Source: Sarea resinae (taxonomy: Eukaryota). From it: a DNA stretch of 64,000 nt. The position numbers were made by a program, and so were the translations under genes. The notes under the pieces are model-generated. The model searched no databases and was not told where the DNA came from. It worked only from the letters and a program-made list of their open reading frames with translations. Positions 24,043 to 37,304 of the stretch are shown piece by piece; the stretch's first letter is position 1; every line of letters begins with the position of its first letter. Location: the NCBI GenBank assembly GCA_026026165.1, contig JAPEUD010000007.1:1-64000 (forward strand). Direction: 5' to 3'.

Positions 24043-27000
24043 TCATCGGTCAACCACGTCCAAGCACCACGGATGTTCCAGGACCTTCTCGATCGTCAGA
24101 CGACGTCCGACATCTCTATCAAGCATGCACCTGACGAGATCAATGCTCTCCTCGCTCATGACGTACGGCACGCGCAAATCGTGATCCATGATCTCGTCGA
24201 TGCTGTAGAAGGGGTTTTCCTTGTAAATGATGGTATACAACAAGATACCCAAAGCCCAGACGTCTTGTTCTTTGCCACGGTAGGACTTCCCCGCCAGCAC
24301 TTCGGGGGCCGCGTAGTCTGAAGATTGATATAAGGATTAGCATGATACTTATTGCACCTGCGCGGGGACTCACCAATTGTACCGACGAAAACGTCAAAGG
24401 GGCCGTTCTTGATGTATGCAGCGCTTCCAAAGTCGATGAGTTTAATGTTGCCTTCGCCATCCAGAATGACGTTTTCGTCTTTGATGTCCCGGTGAACAAC
24501 CAATGCTTTAGTATGGAGGTGGTGCAGCGCATTCGCGACTTGCACGAATATACTCTTGCACTCTGCTTCTTCCATATTGACGCGCAGCTCGATATAATCA
24601 AAAAGATCCATGCCAGGAAGACCATGCGGTACCATCTCGATATAATAATTGATATCGTCCTCAAAAAAGTCAGACATCTCCACAATGTTGGGATGCTTCA
24701 GTCCGTCACGATTGAGGTAGTCAAGCACATGGATCTCGAGGGGTACCGTGCCAAGCCGACGATCTCGAGTCCAGGTGTCGACAAGGATGCGACGTTTAGT
24801 GACATATTTTAGAACGACCTTCTTGAGTGTCGTCTTGTCTCGAGCCAGTTTGACTTGACCGTACGCTCCCTGGCCCATGTCTTCAAGAATGACAAAGTCT
24901 TGAATCGTCTTCTTCTTCCGTACTTCCCGTGGCGGAGGTGACTCAGGAGGAGCCTCCTGCGGGGCAGACCTCGAGCGCTCTTTCGATATGTGGTCGGAAA
25001 TAGACTGCGATGTAGCTTCTTTGAGTTGCTGTGTCAGAAGAGACGTTTGCGCGCCATCCACTCTCGTACCGTTAGAGATTGCACCATTGCTCACGGTCTG
25101 TCCTGGTGATGGCTGATGGGGCGGCGTTCCGGGCCTCGAAGCCAAGGGCGAGATAGGATTCGTTCCGACCTTGGCGGCATGGAGATGGCGAGAATAGGTA
25201 ATCCACAAGGCATAGACCACCTCTGACGACCTAAAGCCACCCTCGCCACCATCATCCGTCTCACCATTCTCACTTCGCTCGTCGATCACACTTTCATCAT
25301 AATGTTGGAAGCTTTCGCTCTTGACTACTCTCATCTGCACGTCAACGAGTATGTCGGACCCGTCGAGATGCTTAGCCACGAGACCAGTAGGGCATAGGAA
25401 AATTGCCGCTGCATCTGCGTTGCCGTCCCGAAGAGCCAAGAGAGCCCTCGCTCGTCTGAAGCTGTGCTCAGGAATGACTATACCGTCTACCAATTGGACT
25501 TTGTCTTCCTCCGTCATGATTCGGAGGATTCGGGAAAATTCAGGGATCAGATCCGTTATTGAAAGGCCGTCAGGCTGCTCGTGACCAAAAAGAGCAGCAG
25601 AAAAGACCGAGTTGGAGCTGGTTATGTGAAGGCTGGAAGCTGATAGAACGAGAATTCCGGCAATATGTGGAAAGCATGACACTTTGAAATCGAGTCGGCC
25701 GGAAATTCTATCAATGGTTGTGGGAATATTCATTCCAGCAGCATTGCGAGCGGTGAATCGTCGGAGCTCGGCAATTTTGGTGTAATCAAGCATGCCGGTC
25801 TTCGAGCCCCTTTTCTGCGGAAGTCTAGGTATCAATTTGCTGACATGTGTACCTGGTTTAAGCTTCTCCACCCCCCAGATCGCCTCAATCGCCCCGGCAG
25901 CCTTGATCAGAGTTCCTCTCTCATCTAGACTTAGATAGGCCCTATCTTCAACGATTTCCTCGACGACCCAGATGAGGCCTCCACGCTTCTCCTTGACCCA
26001 GAGACTGGCTGAACCTGTCGCGCCGTTCCGTTTTTGAATGGGAACGACGTCGCCGCACAGAAGGACTCCTCTGGATTTGTTCGCCACGTGATTCAAGCCG
26101 CCCTTGACTGATTTGCTCTTCGACGATCCAAAACCGTCGTCCGTTTTGGCTCGCGAAGGAGGCTTGCTCAACAATCTCGCCGTGAGGCCCGTTCCGACGG
26201 CCAATGAAGTAGTTGGATTGGCACTGATTTGCTGAGGCTGTACCGATGGCTTCTTTCTTGAAGCTGAATCGGACCCAGGTGACCGTAATTTTTCTTCCAG
26301 CCACTTCCGCCTCTCCTCCTGAACCACTTCCATGATACCGATCTTCCGCACCTCTGCTTTCGTGACCCCGAACACCAGACACGCGAGATCGTTGGCGGCC
26401 AAAATGGTCCAAGGCGCGTGAGCCTCTGTCGTGAAGATTGCCTGAGCGGCCGGTGCCCATCTGCTTGCGTGTCCATGGACTGATGGACCGGGCGTACTCA
26501 AACCAGGTGGAGGGGGATATGAATGACCAACGGGTGCTATGGACATGGGCGAAAGTAGCTGGTTGTGGTGGGTGTTGTCTGCGGCAATGTATGGCTGAGC
26601 CATGACCTCCATCAACTTCGTTTGTAGAGTCAAAGGCTTGGTGTCTGTGTATGTTCGTTTCAGGCTCATTCTTCTGTTAGCAAGGGATGAATTGCGCAAA
26701 TCTGATCGGCTGGCATCTGGTGATGTAGCTACAGTGTTATTCGAAGATGCAGACGACGCCTCTAGGTTGCTCCCCTTTGTACCACCACCATTTTCATGAT
26801 GGTTTCCTTTCACGGCAAATGATAGTCCATCATCAATCTCGCTCGGAGATGCCCTTCTCTGGAGAATCTCGTCGTCGATCTGCTTCGGGCTTTCCGATTG
26901 CGGCATGAAGCTCTTCTCGAAAACATTTTCGCCGTCGACCATCGCCGGTCCAGTCAGAGGGCCATTCATAAGGCCCAAACCAAGATTGCCTTCTGGCCCA

Positions 27001-28078
27001 CCTGGAGCGAACATATTTGCCCGTGTCAGAAGCTCTACCATACTTTGAAGTTCCTGGTCACCGCTTATCTTGGCCTGCGCGCTGGCAATCCCCGGATTGG
27101 TCCCAGCCCATCCTAGTCTATCTCTCATGAATTCTATAGACCGCTTCAAAACATTTTGTCGGTTGTGAATCGAATCTTCAGATTGATGTGCAAACGAGAA
27201 CGAGTGCAACGACTCGGAAGGAAATCGCGACAGGTCCTCGCTGAAATTGAGCGAGGGTGACGACGGCCCAGCCGATGCTGTAAGTGAGGGAACTCTAGAT
27301 GTAGGTAGGCTCGACAGTGTTATCGATGATGATGCCCGCGTGATCGGTGTGGTCGAACCAGATACGCTGGGGACTCGAGGGGTTGGCTGTTGTCGGATGC
27401 GACGGAGGCCGGATACTTTGAGGCCATGGTCGTGTTCGGAGAGGATTGGAGATCTGCGTGGATTAGCGGCTTCTCAGTGACTCTGGGCCTCCGAATGCCT
27501 TGATCGCAATTCTCACCTCGACATCGAATCGTGCTCCGTGCTCGACCCAGCATCGAACGAGAATCTCGTTCTTGCTGCATGCTCCGACTTTCCATAGGAC
27601 AAGAGATTGCCAGTGCTTCGGATTTTGGGGAGTACGAGCTCATTGGTCGGAATTCGTGATCGAAGCTCGGCCGAGGAGGATAAGTTTGATATTGGCTTGT
27701 CTGGGCAAACAATTCGTCAGTAGGGCTCGTTGCTTCACTCCAACCCAGCGACAACGACAAAGTCCAGGCCAAGCATCAAGAGAAAAACGGCGATCAGAGA
27801 TGGGCGATGGGGGCCAGAAATCAAGCTACGACGAAAAGGCTGGATTCAAGCCCAAGGACGACCTTGCGATCGCTCCGAAGGTCAATGATGAGATGCATCA
27901 TCGGAAATGCTGTCGATTGTGCGAGCGGATCGAAGCTGCCTGCAGAATCGCAAAGACGCATTGCTGGACCCCAAACACCTCACGATACTCCACGATGCCT
28001 CCCTCGGCCCTTTCCATTTCTCTCGAGATCAATGAGAGCATGCCACTTACCATCTCCATGGGCCTCTGACCCGAGCAT
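24043..28078 (-). CDS. PAS-domain serine/threonine kinase (Psk1/Psk2/Ppk6 family); exons ~28078-28051, 27700-27517, ~27453-24374, 24317-24043
   Basis: Kinase motifs GQGAYGQV, VLK, HRDIKDEN, DFG and GTI|DYAAPE, family-typical RILVDTWTRDRRLGTVPLEIHVL and QAIFTTEAHAPWTILAANDLACLVFG (PAS-like). The 5' exons were reconstructed through canonical splice sites (MLGSEAHGD|DKPIS...RFSFD...). Confidence 0.88.
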
Positions 28079-29825
28079 GCTTGAAGCACACGCAGGCGAA
28101 GAAGATGTTGAGCCCTACGGGATCGTTTCAACCGACGAGCGTAAGACGGCGATAATCCGACGACTTTGGCGATGGGATGTAAGAATGACTACCTCTACTT
28201 CGGATGACGGAACGAATGAATGAATGTTGGTGATGATGATGATGATGACGAAGACGGCAGCGGATAATGGATACGCTCGAGGTAACGAATGGCTCTCTTG
28301 CTCTCTTGCTCTCTTTTGAATATGATCAAAGGCCAATCCAGTGCCCGGGCGTGTTTGGAGCAGCGGTCGGGTGATATAAGTCAGAGGTCACTGAGTGTAG
28401 GGTGGTGGGTTGGTTGAATAATGAAGTATGTGGCTGCTGGTTGCTGCTGCAGCTGGAGTGCAGGGCCTGATAGTGCAGTGAGTGCAGCGCAGCGGTTCTT
28501 TGCTCGTTGCTGTTTCTCGCGTCGGTTGACGGACTAGAACAGCTAGAAGCGCCCGGCCGCGTGCCTTTCTGGTTGCTCGACACAAGTCAGAAGTGAGATG
28601 ATTGCTCGCATGAGCAGAGGCTTGTGATTCTGCCTCGCCGATCGACCTCGAAGACTCTGCACACCCCGCAGTGCGAGAGAGATCTCAGACCGAAGAGTTT
28701 TCACCCGTGATCATCACCGTCAAGTGGAATATACCGCAATCCAAAATCTTCGATGGTGATTGCCACGGCCACATTCTTCTCGCCAGAGCATCATGGAGAT
28801 CGAGCATCTACTTGAGCTACTTATGTACCTTACCTACTACTTTCGTAGTCGAGATCGACCGACTCGGCCTGGTACCTTTTTGCTGATTTGCCCTCATCGA
28901 GATGAATGTGATTGCAGACGGGCCTTAGCCGTCCAATTGCAGGACTTCTCTCTCTTCTCGTTCTCGCTGTCTCGCGGTCTCGCGGTCTGGCTCTCTGGCT
29001 CTCTCGCTCTCTGGCTCTCTCGCTTCCATCTCACCGTATTTTGTTCTTCGGCGGGGTCAAGACACCTGGGCAGCTGGAGCCCAGACCTAAGGTAGGTAAC
29101 CTGAGCCTTGACCCGAGAAGAACACCACGAGAGAACGAGTCAGAGCCGATCGATAGACAATTGGCATTACAGACTGCCGTCATCCAGCAATACCTCGTTT
29201 CCTACTCTCTCGACCCTTTCTTGCCCTGTACTTCGTACAATCCGATGGCGACCATCATTGACCTTCGGAACTCTCATTACTATCGCTATCAATCTACCCG
29301 TCCCACGGATCAGTCTCTGCATTGATGTCTCATCCCTCTCGGCCTGCCGTCCTCTCCGAGACACAATCACATGAAGTCAAGTCCGGTCGGCCATCTTGAC
29401 CCTCTCAGTCCATTCGCGCCCTTCATCGAGAATTCTCGACGAGGACAGGAGAGTAAGACCGAGGACATCTCCAGCCCTCTCACGGCACAGCAGACCGCTG
29501 GAGGATGCATGAGGTGTACGAATGGAGATACTCGACCTGCCACGATGCGCGTACCCAAGGTACCCGGGTACGCAGATACGCGGATGACGTCACCGACCGC
29601 AGATCCCCAGCGCCTGTCAAATGTCTCTGCACATGAAAGAGGAAGGTCCATTTTGGCGAACACCACGGAAACCGTTGAGGCTGCATGCGATCGGCATCGC
29701 CCTTGGATATCGTTGTCTGGCTGCCAGAGGACGATCCTTTGAGCACGCGCTCGCCGTTCTCGAGCGCACTCTGCGTCAAGTAAGGCAAGGTCAAACATGC
29801 ATGTAGGATCATCATCTATCATCTA

Positions 29826-31727
29826 TCACCGCTGGCTCAATTTCCCTCGATGCTCCTCCCAGAAATTCCGACAAGCAGTATGGCCCCAGTAGTCCACCCA
29901 CCACTCCCCAAAACTATCCTCGACCCTGGCCGGATCGACCCTCTCCACGCGCTCGTCCCGCCTCAACCCACAGAGCGCACAGGGTTGCGGCGCCGACACC
30001 GCGCCCTCACTCTCCCTCAGCAACTTGACGGGTGGGTTCTCTTGAATATCCGGAATGGGCGCAGCGCCAACCGCGGCGGGATCGCTCGTGTTGGCCGCGG
30101 CGACGGCGGCCCGAAGCCGACCCAGCTGCTCTTTCCACGCGCGCACCACGTCCGCAATCTCTCTCTCCTCGCGTCGAGTCTCGGCCTTGTCGACCGTGGT
30201 GAGCTTCATGCCGCCCGCGTGGCCCGAGCGAGCCGGTCCAATGCGCGTGCTCTGCGCGAGCAGTGTGTCTCGCTTCCACCGTAGCTTGCGGCCGGCGATG
30301 ATGCGCGCGGCGACTGTTGCGAGGGAGAGATAGCCCCGTAGGAAGGTGGCGGTCGAGGAGTCGGAGAGGATTCGGTTGCGGATGACGTGCGATTGCGAAG
30401 ATAGTGGCTCCGATAGCCTCGAGCGGAGCAGATCGAACAAGGGTGGGAAGAGAGGTAGAAGGACAGATGGCGGAGGTATGTTCGAGGGTCGTGAATCATC
30501 TGTAGGCTGTGGTAGAGGTTGCGGAGTTGGACTCCAATCAAAGGAGTCGTTAGACGGCCGTGAAGTTCCCTCGGACTGTGGATTTGTCGACTGTTGAGTT
30601 GGGCTCCAGTTAAAAGGGTCGTCCTGTTTGAAAGGGACTCTCTGAGGTAAGGTTTTCTGTCGTGAGCCAGTACTCTTGTGGGAGCTTTGAGATGCGACAC
30701 TCCGGACTTCAGTAGTACTGTATTTGGGTGGCAGATCAGGTGGCTTTTCGGTAGATGGGGACTCGATAAAGTCTCCCCATTCATCTTCTTGTTTCGTAGG
30801 TCTTGTTAGCATGCTGCGGCTAGTCTCAATCTTTGCTGGACTAAAGGAAGAGGCCTTGGAGATGGGTGAGACGAATTGACCAGCGCCCGCAGTGGCATTC
30901 GTAGACGTTGTGAACTTACTCAAAGAGCTTTGTTGCTGAAAAGGAGGCTGCTTCTGATTCGAGCTTTGCGGTAGGGAAGGAGACATTGGTGTGAGACTGG
31001 ACTGTGAGTAAGGATTATAGTTTGAGCCTGAGGATGAAATGCCAGCCTGCTTTGGAGGAGCGGAAGGAGGAAGTATTGAGGCTTCTCCGGACTCAAAGTC
31101 TCCAAACTCGTCGTCATCTGGAATAGGGTCCGTGGCATCAAAGAGGACATCCACATTCCCAGTGGAGTCTTTTGATCCCGGAGCCGATTGAAAGCCCCAA
31201 GGATCGACCTTGTTTGGGGAAAATCCTCCTTTTGCTTGAGCTGAGCTTCCCCTGAAGCTCCCACTGGGGGTCAAATCGGCCGAGAATGGTCTCGAAGAAG
31301 GCTGGTGAAATGCAGATGGCTGCTGAAACCCTCCAGCCCCCACAGCCGAAGTCATGGCAGAAAAATCCGTCCATGGATCCTGCGAGACAGGAGCGGGATA
31401 GCTCTGTCGCTTCTGACTTGCAGGTGTCGGCTCTACCGAGGATTGGAAAGGCTCAAAGGAATCCCATGGGTCTGGATCTTGCTGTCTTGAAGGTGCCTCT
31501 TCCCGGGGGCCAGGCTTTCCAAACGTAGATGCGATTGGCGCCTGTACATGCGGTCCGGCTGGCCGAGCATTTTGCGTTGGCTGGAGTGCGTTGCTTGATG
31601 TAGGCTGATTTAAAGAAGACAAGTCATCGAAGAAAGAATGTCGTTGCTGACCCGAATCCGTTTGGGCGAGCGGCGCTTTAGACTTCTGATAGAAAGAGTC
31701 GAACTCGGCCAGAAGATCAGATGACAT
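29826..31727 (-). CDS. Conserved-looking uncharacterised fungal protein, ~633 aa: disordered N-terminus with DPW/FGDF/WGDF motifs and a C-terminal folded domain with CxxC...HxxC
   Basis: Long single ORF, probable start MSSDLLAEFDSFY. The C-terminus RPSNIPPPSVLL...AARIIAGRKLRWKRD...CALCGLRRDERV...DSFGEWWVDYWGHTACRNFW looks like a real conserved domain. Confidence 0.85.
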   Translation of the reverse strand: MSSDLLAEFDSFYQKSKAPLAQTDSGQQRHSFFDDLSSLNQPTSSNALQPTQNARPAGPHVQAPIASTFGKPGPREEAPSRQQDPDPWDSFEPFQSSVEPTPASQKRQSYPAPVSQDPWTDFSAMTSAVGAGGFQQPSAFHQPSSRPFSADLTPSGSFRGSSAQAKGGFSPNKVDPWGFQSAPGSKDSTGNVDVLFDATDPIPDDDEFGDFESGEASILPPSAPPKQAGISSSGSNYNPYSQSSLTPMSPSLPQSSNQKQPPFQQQSSLSKFTTSTNATAGAGQFVSPISKASSFSPAKIETSRSMLTRPTKQEDEWGDFIESPSTEKPPDLPPKYSTTEVRSVASQSSHKSTGSRQKTLPQRVPFKQDDPFNWSPTQQSTNPQSEGTSRPSNDSFDWSPTPQPLPQPTDDSRPSNIPPPSVLLPLFPPLFDLLRSRLSEPLSSQSHVIRNRILSDSSTATFLRGYLSLATVAARIIAGRKLRWKRDTLLAQSTRIGPARSGHAGGMKLTTVDKAETRREEREIADVVRAWKEQLGRLRAAVAAANTSDPAAVGAAPIPDIQENPPVKLLRESEGAVSAPQPCALCGLRRDERVERVDPARVEDSFGEWWVDYWGHTACRNFWEEHRGKLSQR

Positions 31728-34229
31728 TTTGGGGAACCAACAAAGCAAAGTAGGTATTTTCAATGGAAGATCGTATGCCGTTCCGCTTGTAAAGTCAACG
31801 CAGCATCACTACTATGGCAAGGGAAGATTCGCTTTGACTTGCGGCTGGGTATGAGTATCGTACTTTATATGTTTGGGTTTGTTGGTGTTGTAAAGCCATA
31901 GTTGCTGCATGGGTAGATCGGTCGCTTGCGAACCTCCAATCGTCATATCCACAAGAACCTCACACGACATCAATTCTGGACCATTTTGCATCTTGCTTTC
32001 CAAAACGAATCAGCTCACTTGGATTGGTCAACATGCTAGGTATTCATGATGCTATCTAGCTCAAGACAAAAAGGAAAAAGGGACATGTTTTGCCTATTTA
32101 CAGAACCTTACAAAAGAAAAAAAGAGACCTTGATGTATCACGGTAGTCGGACAGCGTTTGCTGCAAGAGGCCTTGACTGGATTGGGACGAATGTTTTCGT
32201 CATCGAGGAGTTGCGCTGCACCTCAGGGTTCACTGAAAGCCCTCGTATTTGCTCACGACGCAGCCCACAATGTGAGAAGAAGATTGGACGAGAGGTAGAC
32301 GTGAGGATCAAGGCCTCACGTCTACCTCATTTCGATATATTCATCGATCCAATCTCTCGTGGATCGGGTCGATGAACATATCGAAATGCCGCGTTTCCAT
32401 CTTATCGGCCGGGCTAAACATACGGAAATGGAGACGTCAGCAGAGACCAGGCCACTATAGCGGATTGCATAGGAAAGCCTACCTCAGGAGAGCCCCAGAT
32501 TTCCGTTCCGTCCAAGATATCTCTGAATTGTCGAAAATCTGAACCCCAAAAGGGAGCGCCCCCAAAAGGGACTCTTTCTGTTCAGCTAGCTACATATTGT
32601 ATTTCGACATGAGCCACCTCGTGCAACATATCGTCGCGAAGGGGCACGAAGAAATCCCAGGACCAGGCCTTGAAAACCGCCTTATGGATAGGCCCCTTGT
32701 TGAGCCCTGTGGAGCCCCTCAAGAGCTCAGGAATCACGACAACCGTCCATGCCAGGGGCGTCGAGCCAGCTGTGTTACTATGCTATACACAAGTACACTC
32801 CAATCATGATGAGTCTCAATGGGCCCAGAGCATGAAAGAGCCCTCAAGATTGGGTGTGTCGGTCAAACTCAAACAAAGCTTTGCAAAAGTCAGCATCTCA
32901 TGGAAACGAGATGCCTTTCAAAGTCGTACCTGCTGGGAAATTGCCTTCTATTAAACGCCTTTTGAGCTTGATCGGTTCCTTGGGGTAGTGTGCGTTCCTG
33001 AATGCTGCAATTAGCATAATGATCACCACTTACTGTTTCTGTCACTGAATAGGCAGAGATTATAGGGGATCTACCAGGCTTTTTTTTTTGGCGTAGGGAA
33101 CTTCTCAGCTACAGACTTGACGGCTGTGACGAACGCTGCCTCAGATCCACCCGAAGAGCAGGATCATGAAGAAGATTCCGACTTGAAGACAACGAGATCT
33201 GAAGGAGATCCTGAGGGTGGAGAAGAGAATATCTAGGGAACGAAGAGAATAGGCATGAAACAGATACGAGGCGTGTTGAGGGAAGGTTTTCGTGACTTGG
33301 TACGCTGGTTGTCTTTCAATCGATGAGGTTCCTAGAGATATGTTCAGAAGAGAGAACTCACTTGATCCAAGGTGCAGGGAAGAAGAATATCGAGAGGCCA
33401 GGCGAGTCCGAGGTATTCAATAGATTATACTTAGTCGCCGCCGAGACGTCCGCCAGAATCCGCAGAAGTCCGCGATAGTCCGCTGCCTCGGCCGATTTGG
33501 GCGTGTGTTGCGCTGAAAGTGGACGAGCGTGTCTGGGCGACGACTAAGGCATCGTTGACGACTGTTGCCACCCCTTTTCATCATGGACGACAACTTGAAC
33601 TTCCGAGAGTACTGCTACATTGTCTTGTTGACACTGAAGGTAGTGTACTTGATATGACACCCCACGATTGTTTTTGATCATTCGAAAAAGCTGCCGAACG
33701 TCCTACAAGCTCTCCTTGTGGTTCCCCGGGAGACATCCCCAATGCCTTTAAGCTAATCTCAAAGCTACTGATTGATGGTGGCAGTTTATCAGAGGACAGA
33801 CTCAAGACCGAGGGACCAATAAACCGGAACAGAATTGGAAAGAGAAGAGAGCAAGAAAAGAAAGGAGCAAGAAAGGCACCTAAAACAGAAACCAAGCCAA
33901 AAACCAACCCCCCAAAAAGGGAGCATCTTAAACAATCGCGCCTGCGTGGCCTAGCGCAGACAGGCAGCACTATACAACCGCTAGACAAAATTATCACTCA
34001 AGTATCTCACTCCATCAAGCACGACAACAAGACGGAACGAGGGTGTGTCTACCTTCAGAATCTGAGATCTGTTATCTATTACATCATGCCGTATGACCCA
34101 CCGTCAACCCAAAGCCCCTCCCCCCCCCGCCTCCTCTCTCAAAACCCACCGCCCACGTCGACAAACACAATCACTTAATCCGCCCAGGGTGAGCAGAGGA
34201 GAGGAAATCACGCGAGTGCGTTGGTTGGT

Positions 34230-34790
34230 ATGGTGTACGCTTGGGCAATACGCTTGGGCAATACGCTTGGACAATAGGTATAGGCATAGGCATAGGCATA
34301 TGCAGAGGCAGAGGCAATAGGCAATAGGCCTTGGGCATCCTCTTCATTCAAGCAAAAATCACATGATCGGTGGGTACGTTTGTCGTGCTTGAGAGATTTC
34401 TTCTGAAAGGAGAGGAGAGGAGAGGAGAGGAAAGGGGATGGTTTTCTTTTCTTTTCTGATCCTGAATTTCGTTTCCCTTTGGAGATATTTTGGGCCGCGA
34501 CGAGGCGGGTGGCGGAGAGGGTGAGGGAGGGGTTGGAGCTTGTTGTGGAGCTATGGTAGCTAGCTGGTGTTTCATCTTTACAGTGACGGTAAGAATCAAA
34601 GGAAGAGATGAAGAAGGGGAAATAGAAGAAGAAGAGAAACAAGGGGGTATTTATTCAAAGAGGCCATTTAGGCCATCTAGAGACACTAGAAACACTAGAG
34701 ACAGATGAATATATAGACGATCGAACGAACGAACGGATCAAGGAGGTAAAAAAGGAAGGAAGGAAGAAAAAAGGAGAAAGAGAAGCCAGG
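34230..34790. repeat. Microsatellite island downstream of Spp1: (ATACGCTTGGGCA)x3, (AGGCAT)n, (GGAGA)n, (GAA)n, (GAAG)n
   Basis: Directly visible short tandem arrays, with a TpA-rich patch at ~34640-34720. Confidence 0.8.
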
Positions 34791-34798
34791 AAAATCCG

Positions 34799-37304
34799 CT
34801 AATCGACGACCTCGGCCCAACCTTCTTTCTCTTCGAGCTGGTGTTGGTGTTGGTGTTGGTCTTGTTGTTGTCGTTGGCCATCAGCTTTACCATCAGTACC
34901 ATCCTCTGTCATCGCACCACCACCACCAGTGTTCCCATCCAGTCTCATCCTCTTGCGATCTTCCTCCAAGACGGCCTCCTCGAACCGGATTTCCGAACTT
35001 GCGACCTTGAACCAGTTCCTATGTCTCTCGCAGCGTCGCTTCAGACACAGGCCCTTGAGCATCATGGCTTGCGCATCTCCATCCTCGTCCTCATTTCCGT
35101 TTGGGTCCTGTTCCTCCTCCTCGCCCCCATCATTTGCGCCTCTGTCCTGTCCTCCTGTACCGTCGACGGCACCATCACCGTGAGCGCCATCTTCGTCATT
35201 AGCAGCAGCAGAAGAAGGAGGGGAAGTGGGCGGTCCGATGGAGCCCGTCTCCAGAGCTTTGCGGCCTTCCTTCGAGTCCCGCCAGCGCGCCACTTCGGCA
35301 TCGCTCCACGCGAGCCGGCTATCGTACCCACAGATGTCCTTGCTGGCTTTCTTGTCGTAGTGGGATGCCAGCGCGGTCTGGGAGCGAGCGCGGAGCAGCT
35401 GAAGGAGGGCCGTGCGGGTCTTGAGGAGCGACGCCGTCTTCGTGGGGGAGGAGGAGCCTTCAGGTGTATCGGTGTTGTCTGTGTGGAGGCGCTTTTGTTG
35501 AGAGGGGGATAACGGCGTGTTGCCTAGTTGGCGGAACTCGGAGAAGGATGGGATGGATTTCGAGATGGTGGATAGTTCTGACGGGTGGAGAGCGCCACCT
35601 TTGCTGGGTTCGAAATCATTATCGCTGTCGTCGTCGCTTCTTTGCCCTTCGTCTTCTTGGTTTTCGACGCGTTTCTTTTTGTGCTTTACTGGAGACTTTT
35701 GCCGTTCTGGTGATTTCGATCCCAGAGCGTGCAAGCGCATGAACTCGCGGCCGTGGTCATCACAGCAGTATTTCGAGGGCCCCGATTTCGAGAGTCGGGC
35801 GGGCTGACGGCACCTGGGGAGCCGACACATCGGTTTCCAGGTGGTGTTTCCTTTGCCGGATTCTGAACAATTGGGGCCTTTGTTTTTGTCAGTACGTAGT
35901 AGATGGCTTTTAGTTGAGTAGGTAGGTAAAGGTGAATGAGATGACGGCGCGCCAGGTGATATACGTACAGATATACTTGTCGATCAGATTTCCATCCTGC
36001 TCACGAATGTCGACGCATTTCCCATGGAACCAGTCCTCGCACCCGCCGTCGCAGCCGATCATCCAGGTGTGGTTGTCGGGCTTGCGGCAGATGCAGAAGA
36101 CCTCGGACTCGTCTTCGCCGTCGCGATCAGGCATCTCGAATTCATCTTCATCGTCGGAGAAAGCGGCCGAGGCTTTACGATTTGCGGGTGTTTTCGAGGA
36201 GCGAGATCCAGCTGGGGTGGCGGAGCGTTTCGAGACTGGCGTATTGCTCAAGCTTTCGTCGTCAAGCTTTCGTTTTTTGGGTGCTGGCTTTTTGACACTG
36301 GAAGCTGTGCCTTTCTTAGCAGCCGCAGCCGATTTGGGTGCGGGACGCTTTTTGGTGGAAGGCTTGGCCGCTGGTGTAGCGCTTTTCGCCTTGCTCGAGG
36401 CGCGCTTCTTCGTGCCGCTTTCGTCGTTGAGCTGGGTCTCGGCTTTGGGGGTTGGCACTTCGGTCGATGAAGCGCGTACGGACGACCGGTCCCCCGCAAC
36501 AGACACGGGAACAACTGTGTCAGGGCTCGAGTCTCTGGGTGTAGCCGAAGGTTCGAGTTTCACCGATGGAGAGGGCGCTTCAGGCTCTTCGATGAGAGGG
36601 AGGGCAGGAGAGGGCTGCCGGATCTGCGATGTTTTGGGGGTGTCGCGCGTGTAAGAAGGCTCCCGTTCCTCGGCCGTACGTTGGATATCTTCCATACCGT
36701 CTTCTCCTCGCGTCGGTTCGCGTTCTGACTTATCCGTAGACGCCTGCTCTCCCTCGCTGTGCGTAGTCCGCTCTGCTCCGTCCATCTGGTTATCCTCGGT
36801 CACGGGTGAAGACTGAATAGGCGCGAGTTTAGGTGGAGGCGAGGTCCTCGAGGCGGCTGACTGCCTTCGCGCGCGCTCTGGCGACTGTGGGCCGTGATGA
36901 TACTGCGCGAGCGAGGATGCGAACGGCTGATCGGACCGTTTAGCAGGCGGCGAGGGCTCAATGGGAGCTGCTACCTGTCCGTAGGGATCGCCGGTATGAG
37001 ACTCGGAATACTTTCGCGCGTGCACGTGGTAGGCTGCTGGAGGTGGCTCACTCAATTCGTTGTTTGGTATTAGATCGCGACCCAAATGCGCGCTGCTGCT
37101 GCCAGCTAGTTGCGCGAGACTGTCCGCCGCGTCTTGCGTAGAACAGATCACGGCATCATTGTCCGGCAGTTGACCTGGATGAGGATCGCCGTCTTCTGCT
37201 TTGGTTGCTGTAGAACGGTCGTGTGGTGGAGAGGACGAAGGTTGATTGTCTGCAGGGTCTGGATCCGGATTGAGAAGCTCGGACATGGACATGGAGTTGG
37301 ACAT
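34799..37304 (-). CDS. SPP1: COMPASS/Set1 complex PHD-finger subunit Spp1 (Cfp1-like); intron 35968-35878
   Basis: PHD finger FCICRKPDNHTWMIGCDGGCEDWFHGKCV...KYI|CPNC, then MCRLPRCRQPAR..SKYCCDDHG, ICGYDSRL and CLKRRCERHRNW. Confidence 0.87.
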
